Shown here: positions 55,641 to 64,000 of the stretch, piece after piece | Layout of the letters: every line of letters starts with the position of its first letter | Position numbering within the stretch: the first letter of the stretch is position 1 | DNA from: Eledone cirrhosa | Lineage: Eukaryota | NCBI GenBank assembly: GCA_964016885.1 | Contig: OZ024742.1 | Location: 196,850,001-196,914,000, forward strand | Length of the DNA: 64,000 bases | Direction: 5' to 3' | The notes under the pieces: model-generated | What the model saw: the letters and a program-made list of their open reading frames with translations, nothing else | Told to the model about the DNA's origin: nothing | Database searches by the model: none | Position numbers and translations under genes: made by a program

Positions 55641-57388
55641 CAGAAACAATATAACATAGTTTGGTGTTGGTTGTATAATCTGAGATGAAATTTCTTTTGT
55701 GTCTTATGTAAGATATCAGAGAATACATGAGTTCAATTCGACTAAATAGAAACTATATTGGACCAACACTCTTTTGTAGTTATATAAAATTTTCTATACA
55801 TTTGAGAACTACCTGATATAATATATTGCAGTAGGACAATTGCAACAAGAAAGTTTAAGGAGCCTTAGCTCTTGATGGAGTCGTAGGGATGCCGTCCTGA
55901 CGCATGGCATGTTTTGGGTATATTAAACTTGACCGAGCCTATCTCTTGCTTTGTCGGAACACAGCTGTTTTCTTCCAGAGAGAGAGAGAGGAGGGATCAA
56001 CTCCGCTACTAGAGTGGTACTTTATTTAGCAATTCGAAATTTGGCTTTATAGTTTTTTTTCTATGCGAAATGAGTCGTTAGTGCATCGAATTATAAATAT
56101 CTCAATATTTCTTCTGGATCACTACAATCTGAATTCAAATCCTACCGAGCTCAACTTCGTTTTTCAAGTCTTTCGATTTCAATAAATAAAGTTTTAGTCC
56201 AGAATATGATGGTTTTGGTGGTGGTGGTGGTGGGTGATTTTACCACACACACTCTCTCTCTCTCTTTATCAATTTCTCATTCTGTCACTCTTTCTTTCTC
56301 TGTGAGAAATCAACTGGAGAAAGATGGGCTCCGTCAGGTTTAAAAAGCCCAAGAAACGACGTGTACCAGGACGGAGCTTCTACGACTTCGTCAGGTGTTA
56401 TGGACACATTATTTTACGTATGCGAACTGCACCAGTAAATTTTTTATTTGATCTCCAGTGTGCTATGAAGGGGAAAAATAACAAAAGCAAAAACAAAAAA
56501 AGTACTGATCTAAGGCTTTTTAATGGTAAAAGTGAAGGAAGTAACCTAACATTGGATTAGCTTTTGCCATGGATACTGTATAAAGAATATATATCAACAT
56601 ATACTATTACAACTGCTAAAATATTATTTTAAAAGTTTGGCTTCTGAAAATTTAACGTTAATCACGATCGAAACGAATCTTTTCTCAATTTACATATACT
56701 ATAACATTCTTTTCGGGCGGATGTTTTTATACTTCCTATTAAATTCCTTTACATAGTAATGAAGTGTTAATCATAACGCAGCATGAATTTAGTTACTTCG
56801 TGTTTGTTGGTTTTATAATTAATAAAATGTACAAACTATAATAAAGAATAGTAAGGAAAACAATACTAAGCCTGTGTGTTTATATTTATTAAAGATTTAT
56901 AATTAAGTTAATCACCAGAATCATTCGTTTATCTATCCGTCTATATAAATTCCACTCTTTAGTATTTATTTTTGATTGGGTGTCCATATTACTAGAAGGA
57001 AGCTAGGGCGGTGTTTGTTCCAATTGACATTTTAGTCACTGTTTATAATTGGGGTCCTCAAGGAATTCCACCTGCAGCTAACCTAACCCAATAGCCAACT
57101 GATACTCTTCTTTCTTTCTTTCTTTCTTTTTTTACGCCTATTCTTTCTTTCTTTCTTTGTCTCTCTATCTCTTTCTTTCTTTCTTTCTCCCCTCCCTACC
57201 CCTCTCCCCTCTCTCTTCCTGCCAGTGAAACCTATCCACTGGTATATAATATCCCCACAAATCTATACTGTACAGTATATGCTATATTTTAGATTCATTC
57301 AACTTATTTAAGAGAATTTTTAAATGTTTACATTGGTCTGCTTTTCATTTATATATTTTTTAATACTAATTATGTTCTACTACTACTG

Positions 57389-57508
<120 letters not shown>

Positions 57509-57679
57509 GTACTACTTAATATAATTATTATTGGTAGATTGGCTGAGTTAAAGGGTCAGACAAAATGTTTTAAGTTACTTTAAGACTTAAATCTCCAGAA
57601 ATTGCACCAATCTTGTTTAAAAAACTTAATATGTAATATGGGACAGAATTGGTATCCTGTATGATTTCCATCTTCTCGT

Positions 57680-58085
57680 ACGAATGGGAGAGACATGACC
57701 CCTAACTGCAGAGATACTGACAAAGATACAGACTCTAGAAATGAGATCCTATCACAACAAATTAGGTATCTCATACATAGACCATATCACAAACGATCAG
57801 GTCTGCAAAATAATTCAATATCACATTGGCTCCCTTGAAGCCCTTCTTACTATAATGAAGAAAAGAAAGCTGAGATGGTATTGCTATGTATCAAGACTCC
57901 AATGGCTTTGCAAAGACTATCCTATAGGGCACAGTAGAGAGGGAGCAAGAAAGAAAGGTGGTCGAAGAAAAAAATGGACAAGCAATTCATTAACAGAGAC
58001 ATAATCTGGCATGCGACCGCGACAGATGGAGAAGACTGATATACAGCAAGTCACAACAGCACCCTAACGATTCTATTAAGAGTCG
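57680..58085 (+). mobile_element. Degenerate RTE LINE 3' fragment
   Basis: LGISYIDHITNDQV..LLTIMKKRKLRWY..GARKKGGRRKKW with frameshifts. Confidence 0.75.
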
Positions 58086-60007
58086 AGGGGTTACAATACG
58101 ATATTCTATATATTCTGGCCTAGTGGTTAAAGTTTTGGACTTGAGATCGTAATGTCGCGGGTTCGATTATTGGACTGGGTGGAGTGTTGTGTTCTTAAAC
58201 AAAATATTTCACTTCACATTGTTCCAGTCACCTTAGCCAAAAATAAATACCAGAAGTAGCTGGGGGTTTAACCAGCGATGGACTGGCGTTTTGTCCACGA
58301 GTGAGTCTTGTGCTTAACGCCATTGAAACTGGATTAAACTTCGACCCGATGAGCTTCTGGGATAGGAACAGGCTACAACCATTTAACTATATTCTGACAT
58401 ATATAAATGCAGATATTCTTCAGTTTATCGTTAATTCGGAAATATGAATTCTAAGTCGTTAAAATTAATTAATATTTTAGCTTGTCTCAGTATTTTGAAT
58501 TTTGATAAAATTGATACCAAATTTTAATCGATATTTATTCCAATAGAATAAACACATGCTGCAATGAAGGTTAGGGTTATTGCATTCGTAATCGAACAGA
58601 ATATAATTCTAAACTTTCAGATATTATCGGCAAACTATTTTTTCAGCCTGTGACGTTGAAGACGTCATTGTTGGCAACTCGCATTACCGATGTATCAGCT
58701 GGTGCCCATTGTAAGGGGGCTTGGTTATTCCTGTGTCGTAGCCTCGCTATCACCCGCAGCAATTCTGCGAGTGTATTGGCTTACCTCAAACATTATTAGA
58801 GAGAAAATCCAGCGCCCCTTGTTGCGGCATGTGATTGAGGTGCGCGTATTCTCACATTTTTTCCTCCTTTTTTTAAAAGTATAATTTAAAAAAAAAATGT
58901 GAATTGCATTCTATCAAATAGTATCTTTGAAAATACTTCCTGAGAGGCAACCATTTGTCCAGAGGCCATTTGGTGTCATATTATTATCCTTCCTACTACG
59001 ACATGCAAGAGAAAAGAATGAAGCATTAACTGCAAATATTTAAATGATGGAAACATTAAACAAAGCAATAAACAACATCGCAATCAACAAGGAAAATACA
59101 TGTATAGACATGTGTAGTTATTATTCGAGAATGTGTGTGTACTATCATATATAAGTGGGTGCGTATGTGAATATGTGCGTGCGTGTTCGTGTGCGCGAAC
59201 GTCTGTGCCTTTGCATGTGTGTGTATGTGTGCGTGTATGTGTGTGTGGATTTGTATCTGTATGTTTGTGTGCGTGAATGTGTGTGTGCGTGGTGCGTGTG
59301 TATGTGTACGTGCACGTGTGTGTGTACCTTTTCGTGTGTGAATGTATGTGTGCCTGTGTGTATGTATGTGCATTTGTATGTTTGCGTGTGCATGCATGTG
59401 TGCATGTTTGTGCGTGCATGTGCGTATGTGCCTTTATGTGTGTGTGTGTGTGTGTGCGTGCCTGTGGTGTGTGTGTGTGGGTGTGCATGTGTGTGCCGTT
59501 GTATGCATGTGTTTGTGAAAACTGTGCATATTCACATAGGAATGATAATGAGATTTTGATAATATAAATGAGAGCGTTTATAAAAAAAGTAGTTTCTGTC
59601 GTGGTTTTACAATGTTTAAAAAACGTAATTATCCTGAATTGTTAACATCTGCATAGTTTAAGTAGACAAATACAAAACAACAATTTCTAAATAACAATAA
59701 TAAAATGAGTTAAACAGAAACAACATCTTTGACTATATTACCTGATTCATGCATGCAAAGCACAAAAATATAACAGAAACATTATTAAACAGAAAATCAG
59801 AACGCGTTTTGCATTAAATTGCGCACTCTCAGAGCAAATGTATGGTTTTATAAGGGCACAAACCACGAAATCTGGAAAGGTAGTTCGACTGATGAAGAAA
59901 ATTGTATCTCTATATGCTTCTTAGATAGTTTCTCATCTTTTCTATATCTCATTAATTATTATCTTTACTTAGTTTTATCAGAACAATTATATACTGAACC
60001 TTATATT

Positions 60008-60115
60008 AATTAGGTTTAGAGATATTGCTATTAGGTTTAGAGATATTGCTATTAGGTTTAGAATGATATTGCTATTAGGTTTAGAGATATTGCTATGAGG
60101 TTTAGATATATTGCT
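60008..60115 (+). repeat. 21-bp tandem repeat ATTAGGTTTAGAGATATTGCT
   Basis: About 5 units. Confidence 0.9.
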
Positions 60116-61399
60116 AGAATATTCGATAATTTACAGCTTAATATCTGTAATTAGAGATTTCATCATGAACTATTTTTTCTATTTGCAATGTAATGTTTGA
60201 TTTAAGTTAGTGAAATATTAAGTTTAAGTTAAAGTTAAAGTCTGTCCCAAGCTCAGAGGCTCATCTTGCTGGTGATTATCCCAGTTTCCTTGAGGTTATT
60301 CCACTGAGTGTGTTAGGTTTACCCTAGACATGATGCCAGTCTATCACAGGGTTAACTCACCAGTTACTGCTCATACTCATTTTAAACTGAGTATATTGGA
60401 GCAACGTGAAATGAAGTGTTTTACTAAAAAACACAATGTGACACTCAGTCCTGGAATCGAACCCAGGACGTTATGATTGTGTGTCCAACATCATAGCCAC
60501 TAGGCCAAATCTATTAACCAACAATAATGAATCCAACATTTATATAACCAAGATATAGAAATACACTACTGAACGTTCATCATATCAAAATAACTGGTTT
60601 AACTGATTTCATAGCCCGAAACCGCCTCTTATTTTATGAAATAAAACTGTTTCTTTTAAAGTGTGTATATTTATCTAAACATCTTCTATTGTAATTTTAA
60701 GTAAGAACCTTTTTTAAACTATGTTCCAAAAATTAGCATAATGATGAGAAATTTAGTGACGTTATCAGTCTTTGTTATACTGGGTTCTGGTTGAAGATTA
60801 ATAAGTGGAGTTAGTTTAAATTACCCACTCCCATCGCTATTTAACTCAGCTTTCACGTTTACATATGTGTGCGTGTATGTCTGTATATGTGTGAGTGTTT
60901 GTGTGTGTGTGTGTGTATTTGTATTTGTGTGTGTATGTGTGTGTGAGCATAAATATCAGCAACCTATACCATCGCTACTTCAATTATATATGTTTCGAAA
61001 ACGCTCTGGCACGCAGAGCCCTAAGCGCAAAGCCGCCCTTGCTTGGTCTCAGCGGGCAAATGAAGAAAGCGTCACCTTTCTAAATTCTAGGTTATTTTGA
61101 AAATGATTTGAAAATCATTTTGCCATTGTCTTTCATTAGAAATATAATAACGAAAGGGTTAACTCTTGCGAGTTAAGAGTAACTCAAACTCTCATAAATT
61201 TAGGATTTTTGTCTTTGCATCTGCCAACCACTGACAGCCAGGTCACATAACTTTATACATATATAAACACATACACTCACACACACACACACATGTATGT
61301 ATGTATGTATGTATGTATGTATGTATGTATGTATGTATGTATGTATGTATGTATGTATGTATGTATGTATTTTTTGAAGAGGAAGTCGAGAGAGGGAGA

Positions 61400-61866
61400 A
61401 TCTCCCTAGTCTCCATTAAGACATCTCTTTAGGAGAAAATCATTCTGATGTAAAACCTACGACTTCATTTGCATCGAATGATGTAGACTAGTTCTACTTT
61501 TGGCATAAATGCTTTCAATCTTAAGAAAGTGGGATTGGCTCTGTGCAAAGCCTTTCCTCACTTAAAAAAAGCTTCAATCACAGGCATCGCTTGATATGCG
61601 TGGCTTGATATGCGTTGCATGGCTGGCTGTAGCCAAAAAAGGCAATACCATATTGTAACACCTACTGCGAGAGGTCCCCACCGTTGCAACGTATGTGCAA
61701 GATTGTGCAGGTCCTTAGCAAGTATAAACAGCCACATCCGTGCTGCTCATGCTTAAGTATCAAGCGATAGCATTACTCGAAATCGAGTTGCACCCATCAT
61801 CATGTATGTATGTATGTATGTATGTATGTATGTATGTATGTATGTATGTATGTATGTATGTATGTA
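61400..61866 (+). mobile_element. RTE-derived non-autonomous element between (ATGT)n tracts
   Basis: Same 5' motifs, residual zinc-finger coding, tail ACTCGAAATCGAGTTGCA..(ATGT)n. Confidence 0.7.
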
Positions 61867-62483
61867 TTTGGAATTATAACAACAGTTTAGTATTACTACT
61901 ATAACACTACAACACTACTTAGCAGCAATAATGTCCAAAATTGAATCGTTAGCTCTTAGTGAATTTATAACTACAGAATTTTGGTTTGCTTCGAAGTTAA
62001 AGTTGAAACTAATTCAAATTAGAACTGAAATGTTATATTCAACTTCCTGGAAGTAACAAGTAATGAAATATTGCATTCTGCTTTTTAATTCAGTTGAGAT
62101 TAAATTCTACTCATTCCGAGATTATCCATGCGATCATATTGTCTATTTCTGTAATATATTCTCAACACTAAATGTAAGTTCAGTTATCAGATATTTATTA
62201 TCTGAAGTAATTTGCACTAAATTACACTCGTTAATATTTCAAATTCAAGAACATATCCTTCATTTTAATATTAAAAAATATTCTTAAACTTTATATTCGT
62301 TGATTTACCATTCAAGGTTTCAAGATTTGACACCAGTCTATTGATGCTCTCTAAACGCAACTGCATGCAACACACTTCCGATTGTAATCAGTACTACTCC
62401 GCTTTCATTTTTAGTTTCAACAAAGGGCATAAAGATCCTATAACAAATGGGAGAAAGAATGGAGAATTTGTGACGATTATGCC

Positions 62484-62998
62484 CTGGGCCGGATTTATAC
62501 CTTGGGAGGCCCAGGGTATTTCAGGTTTGGGGTCCCCTCATACACAAAAAAATAGTATACACGGCAAACCCCCAATTTTACATTTTACGGGGGAGGGGAT
62601 CCGTTCTGGAGTGAATGGAAGGGATAGTCCTTTTAGGATAATATTGTAGATGTGTCTAGGTGTTTCGGTTGCTTGTACAGTATTGTGTAGTCAGGGTTCG
62701 ATTCAGACCTTGGTGGGAACGGGGCTCCTCAAGTTTTTTTTTGGGGGGGGGGGGGGGTTGTTCAAAGACAAAAAATTAGAATACACAGCAAACTCTCAAT
62801 TTTTCATCAGCTTGGCACAAGTAATTGGAATTGAAAAGTTATACATACAAGTATTAAATTCAAAAATTCTAACCATCCTAAAACTAAAAAGCCCAGCAGA
62901 TGGCTCAAATAAATTAGTACAACTGCCCGTTGGTGGAGCTCCCCACTGCAGGGGACTCGGGGCAATTGCCGCCTTTTTCCCCATCAAACCCGGCCCTG
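62484..62998. mobile_element. hAT-like non-autonomous DNA element
   Basis: Termini CTGGGCCGGATTT / AAACCCGGCCCTG; diverged inverted homolog at about 38520-38900. Confidence 0.6.
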
Positions 62999-63530
62999 AT
63001 CACGTGGAATCCGAACCATCTCACGGACTTGACTCTTCAGGAATTTACTTTGTGTTCAACGTCCCTCAGTTTACATAGGATTGTGAAGGAATAGAGAAAT
63101 ATGAAAACATATACTCGATTACTTTTTTTTACTGGTTTCCCTCATTCGACTGCGGCCATGCTGGAGTACCGCAGTGAACGGATTTAGTTGATCAGATCAA
63201 TCTCAATACTTTTCAAGCCTGCTACTTATATTATCGGATTCTTTTTGTCAAACCACCTTGGTACGAGCTATAAGTAAACAGTAAACGTAAACACATAGGT
63301 ATACACGTAGACACATAGATATACTTACATACATGCACATGCACGCACACACTTGTACACAAACACACACACACACACACACTTACACAGACACAGACCC
63401 CACTTGCACACACACACACACACACACAGACAGACCCCACTTGCACACAAACACACACACACACACTCACACAGACCCCCCTCCCACTTGCACACACACA
63501 CACACACTCACACAGACACAGACCCCACTT

Positions 63531-63590
<60 letters not shown>

Positions 63591-63609
63591 ATACACAGAC
63601 CCCCCCTCC

Positions 63610-63641
<32 letters not shown>

Positions 63642-64000
63642 CTCACACAGACCCCACTTGCACACACACACACACACAGACCCCCCCTCACACACTCACA
63701 CACTTATATGTATCTATAATAAAATTAGGAAAATTAACAAGAAACACGAGGAACAAAAACACGGCAGAACGAAATAATAATTTTTTGAAGGGGATACCTT
63801 AACATTTTTTTTTTTTGTAAATAAGGAGACAAACGAAAGACACAGAACTCCAAGGCCTTCAGCCGTCGAGATGGACTTTCGCAATGTCGACCCCTACCGA
63901 CGGTACAGCTGGTCCACCCAGGGTCACAGCGTCTGTCACAAGCCAAAGGGCTGCCCATGGAGTAAAAGACAAGACAAAACAATAACTTATAGTGATTAAG

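Noticed and set aside
58776-58870. Minus-strand GAG|GTAAGC donor with a short open frame
   Set aside because: No acceptor or in-frame start found and not collagenous
63734-63982. Cys-containing ORF as a possible upstream collagen exon
   Set aside because: No Gly-X-Y pattern and no convincing splice sites

Overview
AT-rich, microsatellite-dense animal genomic DNA. The SINE/LINE repertoire looks like that of an octopod cephalopod (inferred from repeat recognition, not a database search). The window lies inside a large minus-strand collagen gene: six phase-0 GT-AG exons (54, 54, 45, 54, 54, 63 bp) splice into 36 uninterrupted Gly-X-Y triplets. The 63-bp exon is preceded in frame by an ATG in Kozak-like context and a signal-peptide-like sequence, suggesting an internal promoter and a short secreted isoform. 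The introns hold tRNA-derived SINEs, RTE/CRE/R4-like LINE fragments, DNA transposon remnants, an 8.5-kb 25-bp minisatellite and a 1.9-kb pentanucleotide array. They also hold a dense set of short, ORF-less elements sitting in (TA)n tracts. These carry type I hammerhead ribozymes (10 complete or near-complete motifs from about 4 families, plus degenerate and half copies), mostly inside near-perfect 70-190-bp-arm palindromes, consistent with Penelope-like pLTR/retrozyme-type remnants. Nearly all long ORFs in the supplied track are microsatellite artefacts. Coordinates were counted by hand and repeat boundaries are approximate.
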